Part shown: piece by piece, positions 45,506 to 63,056 of the stretch
How the letters are laid out: every line of letters starts with the position of its first letter
How positions within the stretch are numbered: the stretch's first letter is position 1
Assembly (NCBI RefSeq): GCF_038025025.1
Contig: NW_027117342.1
Location: forward strand, 1,736,001-1,800,000
Source of the DNA: Phyllosticta citribraziliensis
Taxonomy: Eukaryota
Reading direction: 5' to 3'
DNA: 64,000 nucleotides
Position numbers and translations under genes: made by a program
The notes under the pieces: generated by a model
What the model was told of the DNA's origin: nothing
The model's input: only the letters and a program-made list of their open reading frames with translations
The model's database searches: none

Positions 45506-48500
45506 ACTCTTTTGGGTTGACAGGGCAGATTCCGGGAAATGATGGTGAGCTAGAGCGAGCTAATTTCCAGGGACGACTGGGAGCACGTCTGGAGGACTTG
45601 AGAATGAGGCGAATGCAATGCAGGGGCCCTCGTCCGGATGCGAAGCTGAAGAGGGCCAGTGGCAGTTAGCACAGGTTGGGAGACAGGCGGGCGGGCGGGC
45701 GGGCGGATGAGGGTGGACGAGGATGGATGTTTGGACCAAGGCTCGGCAGATGGCGAATCAGGGCAGGTAATCTCGCAGGTGGTTGAGAGTTTTGGGGAGT
45801 TGAGAGTTTGGCGTGGAGCTTGGGCAGTAGGACCGAGGAGCAGCCACAGCGGAGAATTAAGAGAGGGAGAGGGGAGGCCAGGCAGAGTAAGCAAGTGGCA
45901 TCACGTACCGCGGTGCGACGAGGCTGGCTGGTTGGCGGAGGTGAGGCTCAACCGGAAGACGGGCTCGAAGCTTAAGCGCCGATCGCAAACGTCTAGGGCG
46001 GTGATACAAAAGGGATCGAGGGACGAGAATTGCGACGGAGGGGGCGGAGGCGCGTTGGCTGGCGGGGCAGGTTGCGCAGCGGTGGGACGGCAGGACTGGA
46101 GTGGAGTGGTGTGGTGGAGTGTGGTGGAGTGGTGCGGTGTGGTGGTGGTGGTGGTCGTCGTCGTCGGGGTGGTGATGGCTGCAGGCGGTCAGGCGCGGCG
46201 GAGAGCGGTGGTGAGGGTGGGCGGAGGTGGAGATGGAGATGGAGGAGGGTCGAAGAGTCGAAGAGGTTGACGAGGGCGAGGAGGGCGAGGAGGGCGAGGA
46301 GGACGGGTTGGGCGAGGGAGAGAGGGTGGAATGGACAGGCTGCAACTATCTCGAGAGGCGTCAATGGTCGTGCAGCGTGGGCGAGGCGAGGCTGAGAGGG
46401 CGGCGGCCAATGGACGGCGTCGCAGCCGGGGGTCGAGTCAATCAGCCTCCGTGGCGAAACGAAGAGCCGCTCCGGCATGGGGTTTCCCAGCATGTGAGCG
46501 GAGGGTGCACGTGTGGGGATGCGAGAGGGCGGCAAAGGAAGTCGACCGGTCTGGGTTGTGCCCAAAGGCAAGCAACGCGTAACCACCCCCAGACCCTGAA
46601 GGGTCATCCCAACCCTCTGCCGCCGACACATCCACGGAACCAACCACTCGTCCCCATTCCGTCCCTCCGTGCCGTGCCAAAAAGAACATGAACCCCTCAG
46701 CTGCCCAAAAAGAAAACGGCCCTCCAAGCCCTGGGCACCGCTGCCTGAGTCTGCTTGGTTGTTGGTACTTGGTCGCCATGGTCATCTGCACCGCTGCAAA
46801 CTCTCTCTCGCCCTCTGCCGCCTGGAAGACGACGACGACGACGACAATTGCCCGGAACTGCCTCCTCTTTGCCTTCAATGTTTTGGTCCTGCTCGCATCC
46901 ATCCACGACTGCCCGCCTCCAACCAGGAACCCCTCGGTCAATCTTCAGCTGAGAGCCGCAGTCCTGCCTCGGTCTCAGCCCTCAGCCACGTCGGGCGGTG
47001 CAAGCTAGAGCCAATGTAAGCTACATGTAGACTTTGTGCACCTTGATACGGCACTTGCCACTCGCCCTGCATTGCACTGCTCTCTTTCTCTGTCTTGACC
47101 AGGCACTATCAGATAGCTGCTCCCCTTCTCCCAACAGCCTCATATCGTGCTTGCCCGTCGTCGCCTGCCTCGGTCCGCGTGCTCACCAACAACACTCCGT
47201 TCGTCCCGTGTCTCCATGACCACCACAACCACCATCCACCACGACCTCAGATCATCTGCTCAGACACAAGACCACCATCCACCTCCCCAACGTCCCTCAC
47301 CTCATCCACTCCTCATCCCATCATCGCTCAACCACCGCTCTCAGCCTCCAAGCTCATCCACCCATCCACAACCGTCCCGTCCCTCCCTCCCTCCCTCCCT
47401 CCCTTCCTTCCTTCCCTTCCTCCCGCCCCGTGCCGTTCCACCCTGCCTGTCTGTTGCCCTACCCTGGGCTGCTTCGCTCCCACACCACCCACCAATCTCA
47501 TCACTTTACCCACCCATTCATCCACCCAGCGCACAGCATAGCCGCGTGCGCCCATCTCTGTCGTCTCGTCTCTGCTCTTGTCGCAGATCCACCCGTTCAT
47601 CCCGTCCAACTCGTGTCGCCAGCCATGCATGCATGCATGCACGCACGCTCTCGTCTTGTCTTGCCTCGCCTCGCCTCGCCTCGCCTTTCACCCATGTCGT
47701 CGCGACGGACGCCTCATTCTCGTCTGTCTGCCGCGCTGCCGATGCGCCGCCCAACTTTGCCGTTTTGGGTCGGCGAGCTTGAAGCATCGAGACGGCAGAA
47801 GAAGAAAGTAGGCGTGTTGCGTTGAGCGTACTGTACATGGCTTGGGACGGACAGATGCATGGACATGACACGCGCACGCCGCTTCTATCCAAGTCAAAGT
47901 ATGCTGTAGGCATGTATGTAGATGGAGACTGCAATCTCAAGCTATAAGCTATACACTCAAAGTCCCTCATCCCCCACACACATATGCTCTGACCTCCCAT
48001 TATTGGCGAGAATGCAGAGGACGACGCTGTGATGTGATTGATGGTGAACAAAGCAGTCAAACACCGCACTCCTCATTCCAGGCAAACCAACCAAGGCAAC
48101 AATGGCAAAAATAACTGACAGGTGGTGATGATGATGATGATGATGCTGACAAAGATAGAGCCCTCTCCACCCCATACCCACACTTATACCACCGACTGCA
48201 CCAGCATCCATCCTCGGCATCCTCATAACCATGGTGACGACACAGAAGGAGAAAGAATGCCAACCGACCAAACCGACAAGCCAAACCATTCATAACCCCC
48301 ACCCCCTTTCTTTGCTTCTTTGCCGCCTTGTCTGCCCCCCTTGCCGTCTTTCTTCTTTTTAGTGATAATAACATCATCATCATCTCATCGATTCCGTCAG
48401 TCAGTCAGTCAGTGCAATCCAGACGACCGACGACAGTCTATGCTCTGTCCCGCCATCCCACCGCATCCATCTACTCGACGCCATCTCCCCGCATACATCA

Positions 48501-48590
48501 AAAATGACGGCACCACCACCACCACCACGACCCGCATGCGAAGCAGCTTTCGCCCACAACGCAGCCACCACAGCCACAGATGCATGTCCA

Positions 48591-53781
<5,191 letters not shown>

Positions 53782-55339
53782 CGTGAAGAAGAGCGGCCTA
53801 CCTGTGGAGCTGCAGTAGCTCCAGCGGCAGGCACAAGTTCTGCGTAGGGCGGCGAGAAACACGGAGAAGGCGGTGGATCAGGGCAGCCGAGAGGAGAAGA
53901 ATCCGGGCCGAGAGTGTTGAGGGCCTGGGTTTCGGAGTCGGAGAAGGTACGAGGAGTTGCAGTGGGAGAGGGCGCGTCAATGGTGCAGACCGGAGGCAGA
54001 AAATTGAGGCTGCCGCGGCGGTGATGTAGGAGGTTGGACCTTTTGGTCTTGTCGGCGCGCGGGAACTGCCGAACAAACAACGCGGCGACGGGAACCTTTG
54101 AGAGGCTGCGAGAAGCCGTCGGCACTGTGCAAGGCGATGGGATGCGATGCGATGCGATGCGGACTAGAGACGACAAGGCAGCGTGGAGGTCAAGAGGATG
54201 TGTCAAGGTCCCAGGGTAGGTAGGGTAGGTACATGTAGGATGCGACGCGCTGGGCGAAACCGACGGACGAGCTTTTCGGGCATGTACAGTACGTATGGAC
54301 TGACTGGTACAGAGGGACTGACTGGACTGGACTGGACTGGACCTACCTTAGCGCGTCGGCTGCCAAAGTCAAAAATTGCCCATGGACGACACACAGGAAT
54401 TCCATGTGCTTCGCTTTTGAGCTACGGACCTGTATCTCTCCTCGTGGCCACGTTCATGTGCTGCTGCCGTGTCATTTTCCATTTCCACGTCCGCCAGGCC
54501 ACGCAAGCCCATCATCTATCCGTCTCGTCCCATCCTAGACATCGGTGGCGGCTGGGATCCCATCCTCTTGTCCACTCGACCACTGTACAGCTCGAGAAAA
54601 CGTCGGCTTGAAAAGCAGTCCTCTCGGAGCTGTGCTGGTGTTGTTGCCCAAGTGATTGGAATGCCCGTGGCAGGAAGGCAGTCAAAAGTGGTGGCCGGCT
54701 CCCCGTCCTCTGCTGCGTAAGGCACATGTACCGGCACCGATGGCGTCGTGGACTTGAAAAAGGCTTGTCTTGACAGTCATGGCATTTGCATTGCCTCTCC
54801 AATGCCTCGGTACTTATACATTCACGTCATGGTTCCGTTGCCAATTCGCCGTCTTGTAGCCACTCAGACGCTCAGCAATAGACATGCTCCGCAACTTCTG
54901 TGGTTGGTCAGGATTCGGACACCATTTCCTTGATCCGCGTTTTTCTCCTTTCCCACAACATGCAACCGGACACACGCCTCAGCATCTTTGATTGCCTGTC
55001 TGAGTCTGTCCTGCCGCAACTGTTGGGTCGTTGCAACTTGCGCCTGTCCCAGGCAGCATGACCAGGTGAGCGGTGCGCGCGCACGCGGACACTGTTACAG
55101 CGCCGGTAAAGCTCCGCGGCGGACGACATCGATCTTCTCTACTACCCGCAACTCTGTGCCATCAACCACCTGCTCAACTATCCTTCATTCAGTCATTTTC
55201 TGCTTGAGACGTCTGGGTGCCTTCACGTTCTGTTCGAGTTTTGTTCTTGTTCCTGTGCCCTCCGACCCACTTCATTCGGCTTTCTCAAGTCCCAACTCTC
55301 CTGAAAGCACAGTCTTCATGGTATCGGCATACCTGCGCC

Positions 55340-57910
55340 ATGTTTTCCAAGGTCTTTAAAGACAAGAACACGTCACCGAGCCATAAGAGCGAGGATAACG
55401 AGGCATCTTTGGATACCATCCTGGACACACCAGAGCTCAAGACGGAGTTTGCATTGCTCGTTGTCCTTTGCACAGACGCTATACGCAAGGACCTCAGCGC
55501 TACATTCCAACTTCCTCAAGCTCTTGCGCCCACAAACCCATCCCACAATGACGTATCAACAGGACACGACTCGGCTCAGCCAGTACAACCGCAAGGTTCC
55601 AAGTCAACCGGAGAAGCGGAGCCCAATGTCACGCAAACAGAGAAAATCAAGAAAGAGCTAGCCTCCCCGGACGTGCAAGAACTGTACCGCGCAGCAGTCA
55701 CGTTCATAAACTCCTGGCGGGTCAGTGTTCTGCAACGGCTGGGAGAAGTACTGCAGGTCAAATCAGATGCGGTAAGGGAAGCAAAGGAAGCACGCAAACA
55801 GGCGCCTATGCAGGCATCTCCATCCGACGACAACTCGCCATCTCCTCTGCCTGTTCCCATATACACAACCCTGACCTCCTTGTCCGTTGAGTCTCGCACG
55901 CTACTGCTCCACTCCCTGCTGCTTCTCCTCTTGTCCCTCGAAAACTACCCCTCCCATTCCCGCTTGCTTCTCCTCCACCTCACGTCATCCCTCGCGCTCC
56001 CCGCCTCAACTCTCATCGACCGCGAGACTGCTGTCGCGACCGCGCTTCTCACTGGGGTCAAGCATCTCTCGGCTGACGAAGAAACGTCCCGCGCCGCCTC
56101 TTCAAACTCCAAATCGCGCAAATGGAAAGTCGGCATCGCAACCGTCGCTGGCGCCGCTCTGATTGGCGTGACTGGCGGACTTGCCGCGCCGCTCCTCGCG
56201 GCCGGAGTAGGCACCGTGGTCGGCGGGCTCGGGTTGGGTGCGACGGCTGTGGGAGGACTGCTAGGAGGCCTCGCTGGCAGCAGCGTGCTCGTGGGTGGGC
56301 TCTTCGGCGCCTATGGTGGTCGCATTACCGGCAAGATGATGGACCGCTACGCGCAAGAGGTGACGGACTTCCGATTCCTGCCCGTGCGCGAGGCGCGCGA
56401 GGAAGAAAACCCCTACGAGCGACAGCGCAGGCTGCGCGGACTCTTGCAGTCCACGCCTACTGACGGCGGCCACCGCCTGCGCGTCGCCATCGCCGTGTCT
56501 GGGTGGCTCTCGGACACCAACGACATTGTTCGGCCGTGGACGGTGCTGGCGCCATCACTCGAGACGTTTGCGCTGCGCTGGGAGGTGCAGGCGCTGCTGC
56601 GGCTCGGTCAGAGCCTCTCCGACGTGCTCAAATCCGCCGCCTGGAATTACGCCAAGTATGAAATCGTCAAACGGACGGTTCTGGGAAGCTTGGCTGCCGG
56701 CTTGTGGCCCCTGATGCTACTTCGAGTGGCCAAAATCGTCGACAACCCTTTTAGCGTGGCCAGGTCGCGGAGTGACAAGGCTGGCGCCGTGCTCGCGGAC
56801 GCATTAATCAACAAGGCGCAGGGAGAGAGGCCCGTCACGTTGATTGGGTATTCTCTGGGAGCAAGGGTAATCTTCGCTGCGCTGCAGAGCCTGGCGCAAC
56901 GCAAGGCATTTGGCCTCGTCGAAAGCGTGGTGATGATGGGATCGCCCACCCCGAGCGACGCAGCTGCATGGCGCAAGATCAGAGCCGTCGTGGCCGGCCG
57001 CGTCGTCAACGTATATAGCGAGAGCGACCACATCCTCGGCTTCCTGTACCGCACCAGCAGCATTCAGCTCGGCGTCGCGGGCCTTCAGCCAGTCAGGGGC
57101 GTCAACGGAATCGAAAATGTCGACGTCAGCTCTTTGATCGACGGACACACCAAGTACCGCTTCCTCACTGGCGCCATTCTCAAGCAGATCGGCATGCAGG
57201 AGCTCGACGATGCCGAGATTGCCAGGCAGGAGAGCGAGCTCCGCGTCATGGAGAAGAAGGATATGGAGGCAAAGGAGCAGAGTGAGAAGGAGGTGCAAGA
57301 CAAAATGACCAAGGCCAATGGCGACGACGTTAAGAATGCAGACAGGGATGCGGCATTGAAAGAAGTCGTCGATGCAGAAGCAAAAGAGATGGAGAAGAAG
57401 GCCGGTCTGGACAGTCCGGGGCATGAGGCGCGCAAGTCAATGCAGATTCCGTCGATGGAGCAGCTGCGTCTTGATGAGCGTGCTAGCTCTGAGGGCCAGA
57501 GGAGCTCGCAGTCTCTGGGCAGCCGACCGCAGAGCATCATTCGCCGCAAGCCTGTAGGCCAAGGGGCAAAGCCAGCAGACGACGATCTGCCGCCGCCGAA
57601 GCCTCCGCGCCCTGTCGTCACTCACAGCGCCGAAGTTCCCGAGTCCCCTCATGCCGTCGAACCTCCCGTCGACAAGAACGGAGCCGGAGTACAGTCTGCG
57701 CAGCATGGAGGAGAAGTAGACAAAGCCAAAGAGGCAGGCGTAGAGGAAAGGGGTGGACGTCCATCAACAGCAGACGATGATGATGAATCACTGAGGATGG
57801 TCAGTCCTGATGGGATGATGATGCTTGCTCCAGAGCCCGAACCTGAATCGGATACGGAGCAAGCGCCAGTCGTGAGCAGGAAACAAAAGCTGTACTCGGC
57901 TTTGGATTAG
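55340..57910 (+). CDS. DUF726/TMCO4-family membrane protein with an alpha/beta-hydrolase-like domain
   Basis: Single long ORF. Gly-rich hydrophobic segment GVTGGLAAPLL...LFGAYGG, nucleophile-elbow RPVTLIGYSLGARVI, and VVAGRVVNVYSESD. Confidence 0.9.
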   Translation: MFSKVFKDKNTSPSHKSEDNEASLDTILDTPELKTEFALLVVLCTDAIRKDLSATFQLPQALAPTNPSHNDVSTGHDSAQPVQPQGSKSTGEAEPNVTQTEKIKKELASPDVQELYRAAVTFINSWRVSVLQRLGEVLQVKSDAVREAKEARKQAPMQASPSDDNSPSPLPVPIYTTLTSLSVESRTLLLHSLLLLLLSLENYPSHSRLLLLHLTSSLALPASTLIDRETAVATALLTGVKHLSADEETSRAASSNSKSRKWKVGIATVAGAALIGVTGGLAAPLLAAGVGTVVGGLGLGATAVGGLLGGLAGSSVLVGGLFGAYGGRITGKMMDRYAQEVTDFRFLPVREAREEENPYERQRRLRGLLQSTPTDGGHRLRVAIAVSGWLSDTNDIVRPWTVLAPSLETFALRWEVQALLRLGQSLSDVLKSAAWNYAKYEIVKRTVLGSLAAGLWPLMLLRVAKIVDNPFSVARSRSDKAGAVLADALINKAQGERPVTLIGYSLGARVIFAALQSLAQRKAFGLVESVVMMGSPTPSDAAAWRKIRAVVAGRVVNVYSESDHILGFLYRTSSIQLGVAGLQPVRGVNGIENVDVSSLIDGHTKYRFLTGAILKQIGMQELDDAEIARQESELRVMEKKDMEAKEQSEKEVQDKMTKANGDDVKNADRDAALKEVVDAEAKEMEKKAGLDSPGHEARKSMQIPSMEQLRLDERASSEGQRSSQSLGSRPQSIIRRKPVGQGAKPADDDLPPPKPPRPVVTHSAEVPESPHAVEPPVDKNGAGVQSAQHGGEVDKAKEAGVEERGGRPSTADDDDESLRMVSPDGMMMLAPEPEPESDTEQAPVVSRKQKLYSALD

Positions 57911-58249
57911 GTGAAGGGCGAGGTGTCCGGGAATCCAAGACATAAATAAAGTCTACCAACTTGCATTTCTCTTGCGACAGCGTACGAGTATCTAGACCAA
58001 AAGAGATTCATTCCGTTGTTTCTTTCAGGAACCAGACAACCCTCACGCAAAGCCAAGAGCGGAACGTGGTTTTGATAGTCGCATTGATCAGCTACGAATG
58101 CAAAGTCGAGTGCAGTAGAGCTCTACGCCGCCACTCGGAGAGTCCAGGATGCCCAAACTCCAATTCTTCGATATGCTGCCAACCCAAACGCCAGAACCGA
58201 ATCGATTGCACCTGCTGCCAGACCGAGAGCTATTTTTCCAGGCTTCCTT

Positions 58250-59840
58250 TTACACATCTTCATCCATGTTCATCTCCTCCAGCTCTTCCACCAACTGGTC
58301 CATAGGAATTTGTATGCCATCATCATCCTCGCCGTCCTCGGCCTCGTCCATTTCGTCGGGATTGCTTGGCATGGCGCTCGGCTGGTCCTTGTACAGAGCC
58401 ATGCCAGTTCTAAAGTCGTCGTCTTCTTCAACGTCGCGCAAGAACATTTCAAAGTCGCGCTCGAGACGCTCTTGGTCTTGCTTGCGTGGAAGCATGTCCG
58501 ACTCTTCCTTGTTCATGCGCTTGACCTTCCAGTTGCGCTTGTTCTTCTTCTTGCGCTGGTAGTGCTTCTTAATAAGCATTACGTCTGGTATCTGGGCCGA
58601 GTACTGTTTGCTTTCTTGCAGCTTGTCGAAAAGCTCATTGTTGAAATTTGTGCCCTCCAGATGGTATCCCATAACCGAGTCTCCAACGTTGAGCAGGCTA
58701 CCAAGGTGCGTGCGCGTGAAGTAGGTTTGGTCGCTCGATCCCATGTCGGAAGCGCGGGCGACGGTAGCTTCGGCCAGAACGTAACGGCCCTTGACAGGTC
58801 CAAGCGGCTCAATGTCCAGCACAATGAATTCTACCAGCTCAGTCACATCGGCAAGCGAAGTGAAGGGCACGCGCCAGTATACATCTGGACTGATTTCTGC
58901 GGTTTGAAGAGTTTGGGGGTCAAGGACTTGTACAGCAGTGCCGATCTTGCTGCAGATCGTCATGGGAGCGATGTTTCCGAACTGCTTTGCAATCTTGATG
59001 GGAAGAACTACGAGGTCATCCTTGCAGATTGGAACGATCTCGACAGAGAACGAGAACTTGTAGGACTTCGTCGAGGTATGAATATCCATGGAAATCAGTT
59101 CTTGCGACTTTTTGCTGAAGACCGGCACAACAGATTTGAGGAAGTCGACAAACTTTTCGGCCTGGTTCCTTGCGGCGAAGTAGAAATCGATACCCTCGTG
59201 GACTTCCTTGATGTTGATTGTGTCCCGGTGGGCAGAGTGTTTCAAAATAAGCTGCTCGAGGAACAAGAATGTTCGCTTGTGCGTAACCTTTTGTCGGACT
59301 TGGACTACGGCTCTCCAGGTGTTGTGGGTATAACTCTTGGCGCAGTCCGGGCACTGCTGGTTTGCCACGACATATTCGACCTCGAATGATTGTTGGAGAA
59401 TGGTGTTTTGGAACGCCTCTTGCTGGATGGTGATTTTGACCTTGATCCTCCGGGAATGGGGCTCGGTCCAGATGAAGCTTGCGTCGATGATGCGGACTTT
59501 TTGGAGACCGCGAAGTTTGCGCAGGCAAAGGGCAAGCAGTTCGCGAGACTCGGGTTGGGCGACAAGCCATGAGGCAGGCGGCGACATCCATCTGGGCGAA
59601 AATTAGCTTTTGTGGATTGCGATGAAGAAAGATATGCTACCTGTCACAGTCTCTGCAGGTGTGGAGCGTGGCCTCTCTCTGTATGCCCTCGGAAATGTCG
59701 ACGGTGAGCTTGATGCAGTCATAGCAGAGAGCGCCAGCCGACTGTGTGCCGTCTATTGGTGCGCCGCAGTTGCAGCACAGAATAGTGGCCGCATTCTGCT
59801 GGCCAGGCTGGATCGAAATAGAGCCAGAATCGAGATCCAT
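58250..59840 (-). CDS. NMD3: 60S ribosomal subunit export adaptor Nmd3; 2 exons
   Basis: Zn-binding CxxC motifs (CCNCG, CYDC, CRDC, CPDC) and FIWTEPHSRRIK; NES-like LVEELEEMNM at the C-terminus. Intron 59592-59640. Confidence 0.97.
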
Positions 59841-60118
59841 GGCTCGATGGGCACAAGAGGCTGGGGTATCTCAAGAGAAGGTGGGTGTTGTCGAGGAAAG
59901 GGCCCGCAGGTCTAGTGGCGGGAGAAATAATTGTTAAGCAACGCGCAGGCGGCGTCCACGCACTGGACCCGACGGCGACGGCAGAATCTGCTATCGATAA
60001 GGAAGGGCGGTGCGGTGCGTCAATCCGGACGGAAAAGTCGCGGCCGGGCCACTTTGCAGATCAGTTGAACACAACTCCACCTTGCCATCGCCCTCCATCT
60101 CGCCTCCTACATCCCTCA

Positions 60119-62305
60119 ATGGCGGCGAGCAGAGCTTTAACAGCCCGCTTCGGCTGCAACGGCTGTCGTGCCAACGTCCTGCGCTCCTTTGCCTCACTCC
60201 CCGCTCTCGAATGGTCCCCGAAAGACGCGCTCTCGCGATCCCTCCTACGCTCTCAGCGCCACCAGAGGACCTTCAATGCCTATGCTGCGCGCTTCTCCGA
60301 CAATGTTCCCCAAGAATCACAGAAAGAAATTTCTCCAGAGCCGCTGGACCCAGAATCGAATGATCCGGACTCATCGGTCCCTTGGTATCTCCAGGTCGAT
60401 TCACCCCAGAAAGCCGTCAGCGAGTCTCCTCTTGCGCAACGACAAAAGTTGCCGGAACTCCCTGAACACCCCCCTCCGATGTTGGAAACTCTTCTGGAGC
60501 ACGCTTCGGTAGATCTAGGCCTGGATGACCTGTCGTTGCTGGACCTTCGGGAGCTGGATCCTCCGCCTGCTCTCGGCGCAAACCTGATCATGCTTTTCGG
60601 CACTGCCCGCAGCGAAAGACACCTCCATGTGGCCGCAGACAGGCTTTGCCGTTGGTTGCGCAGCCAATATAAGCTCAGAGCACATGCGGATGGACTACTG
60701 GGAAGAAATGAGCTCAAGCTCAGGTTGCGACGAAAGGCTAAGAAGATGCGGATGCTTGCAAATGCTGGTGCCTCGCCAACTAGCCTTGCAGCCGATGATG
60801 GGATAAGGACGGACTGGATTTGCGTAAATGCTGGATCTGTCGAAGCCGCTCCGTCTGCCCCTAGCCCACTGCCGCGACAGGAAAGCTTTATAGGGTTTCG
60901 GGAGGAGGTTCGAGGTGTGACCATTGTCTTTCAGATGTTTACAGAGGAAAAGAGAGTGGAACTCGATCTTGAAGGGCTCTGGAATGGTGTCTTGAAAACA
61001 GATCGCAGAGTAAAGGAAGCGTTGCAAGCAGGAGACGTCGTGGAAGAGGAACTGCCCAATCCGGAGCACAATCCCAATGGCGCTGTCACTACAGATCGCG
61101 TTCCAATGACCCCTCCGTCTTCGGCAGCTTCTCAATCAAGAGGCTTCCACACGCTTTGCAAACCCAGAAACAGCGGTACGAATCCATATTCAAGAGTCGG
61201 AACATGTTCCAGGGCTGACGACCAAGTCAGGATCTGGCGAAAGTCAATGAGTACGCTGGGACCAGGCCCAGGTTCTGTGGGAAAACTAGAACCACCGACT
61301 TTCACCTCGGATGATTCAGGCGTCAGCCCCACGTCGAACTTGGAGAATAAGCGCAACCTGAAACGAATGCTGGAGGAGCTAAGGTCCATGTCCTTGGAAA
61401 AGCAAAAGCTTGTCTTTTCGAAAGACATCACGCCGCTGTCTGAAAATCTATCTCTCTTTTTGGAAGAATTTTTCCGCCACGTTCCCCTGGCCAGACTAGA
61501 CAGAGGATACTGTCGTTCCCTATTTCATATGTACGCCACTGCATTGTCTGTTGGTCGTGAAGATGCGATTGGCCATATGCTCAACCTGTTGAGAGAGATG
61601 CAAACCAGTGGGTTCCCTGTGTCGGAGGGCTTGCTTGTGGCAGCTTTGCGGGAGCTTGGGAAGCCCGATGACAATGTTTCTGGCCTTACCCGAAAAGCAC
61701 GTATTAATGCTCTCGTTCGCATCCTTTCCATCAAGGAGCAAACCGTCGATCCTGGATTTACCGAAGAAGTCTTTGTTGCACTCCACCAAGCCTTCTCCGT
61801 GCCATTCAGCAAGGCCTCAGACTCTTCACAGTCTGACAAAAAGCTGAGAAGGCGCGCGGATAGGGACCAGGCAACGCGGAGCTCATTGCTTCAAATTGTT
61901 GAAAGGACTTCGCTGGATCTTCAAATCGACACGTTCTTTCTGCTCCTCGAGACTTATGCACAACTGGGAGATGCAGAGCGTCTCATTCATGTTTGGAGAA
62001 CCATCCCGCTGTACATGCTTCCACGCTCTGCGGACATGTATGCATTTTTCCTCAATGCCATGGCGAAGACGGGGACCCAGGTGCAGTGCATTGAATCGTT
62101 GAGAGAATGCATGGTACAACGTGAGTTTGAGGATCCTCCCGTCGCGCTTGGCGGCGAAGTCGCCAGAGCTGCTCAACGATGCATTTTGAGAATCGACGAG
62201 AACCTACATCGCAAGCTGGAAAAAGACAACAGACCAAGATATACCCACAACGAGTGGGTAAGATTATGGAACGCCTGCGAACCAGCACAGAAAAGATCAT
62301 TTTGA
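60119..62305 (+). CDS. ATP25: Mitochondrial ATPase synthesis protein 25 (RsfS/Iojap-like N domain plus helical C domain)
   Basis: ATG at 60119 with a presequence. Motifs PWYLQV, LLDLRELDPPPALGANLIMLFGTARSERHLH, ADGLLGRNELK and QMFTEEKRVELDLEGLW. Confidence 0.9.
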   Translation: MAASRALTARFGCNGCRANVLRSFASLPALEWSPKDALSRSLLRSQRHQRTFNAYAARFSDNVPQESQKEISPEPLDPESNDPDSSVPWYLQVDSPQKAVSESPLAQRQKLPELPEHPPPMLETLLEHASVDLGLDDLSLLDLRELDPPPALGANLIMLFGTARSERHLHVAADRLCRWLRSQYKLRAHADGLLGRNELKLRLRRKAKKMRMLANAGASPTSLAADDGIRTDWICVNAGSVEAAPSAPSPLPRQESFIGFREEVRGVTIVFQMFTEEKRVELDLEGLWNGVLKTDRRVKEALQAGDVVEEELPNPEHNPNGAVTTDRVPMTPPSSAASQSRGFHTLCKPRNSGTNPYSRVGTCSRADDQVRIWRKSMSTLGPGPGSVGKLEPPTFTSDDSGVSPTSNLENKRNLKRMLEELRSMSLEKQKLVFSKDITPLSENLSLFLEEFFRHVPLARLDRGYCRSLFHMYATALSVGREDAIGHMLNLLREMQTSGFPVSEGLLVAALRELGKPDDNVSGLTRKARINALVRILSIKEQTVDPGFTEEVFVALHQAFSVPFSKASDSSQSDKKLRRRADRDQATRSSLLQIVERTSLDLQIDTFFLLLETYAQLGDAERLIHVWRTIPLYMLPRSADMYAFFLNAMAKTGTQVQCIESLRECMVQREFEDPPVALGGEVARAAQRCILRIDENLHRKLEKDNRPRYTHNEWVRLWNACEPAQKRSF

Positions 62306-63056
62306 TTTTCCATCCGCCACGGCCAATTGTTGCAGGGGCTTTTCTCGTTCTGATGCGGGCGAAGAACAGAGACTGGCAAGATCTGAACAACTTAAGGGTC
62401 TCTGCAACTTCGAATTGATGTCCCAAAACCATTCCACACCATGCAATCAGCGAAACGAAAAACCTCTGTCCCACCTTCGCACTTTTATCCCCACTCCGAC
62501 TTACTTGTGGCTACGGTGATGGATTACTGTGCGTGATTCATCCCAGGTGGGTCTGAGGCCAATTCGCTCTCCATTTGTATTCATGTACATCTAAAAATTT
62601 GTAGCGTCCTTGAGTGCTCTGGCATTCATGCATTTCTGGAACCATCGCCCTAACGCTCTCCATCAATGGTAGTCTCATTGTGAAAGTACGGGACGTTGCA
62701 GTATTCCCGGGTGATTACGATGCAGGGACATTGTACTGACGGGGAGAACGATGATCGTTCCTGCCAAAGTACCTCAGACGAATATCATGGCAGCTTCCTT
62801 GACTGCACATGACCCAGTGCCTGGCCATGAACCTCTCCATTCTCCAGAGTCCAGCATCACTTTGTCCAGACATACCATTCACGCGAGAACGGCATATTCA
62901 TTCATTGTTCCTCAAAACACGCATCATATCCCGATAACACCAGGGACTTTACCATCACTAAGATATAGACCCACGATCGACAAGCCTTCCGACCGCCGAC
63001 TTTCAACTGGGGCGCTATCGCTATCGATTCATATTCTGAAGGGCAACAGTTCCAGC

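Noticed and set aside
58310..59389. Long antisense ORFs over NMD3, CLC, YTA7, UBP12 and the orphan at 12084-13025
   Set aside because: These are expected shadows of GC-rich coding strands with codon bias.
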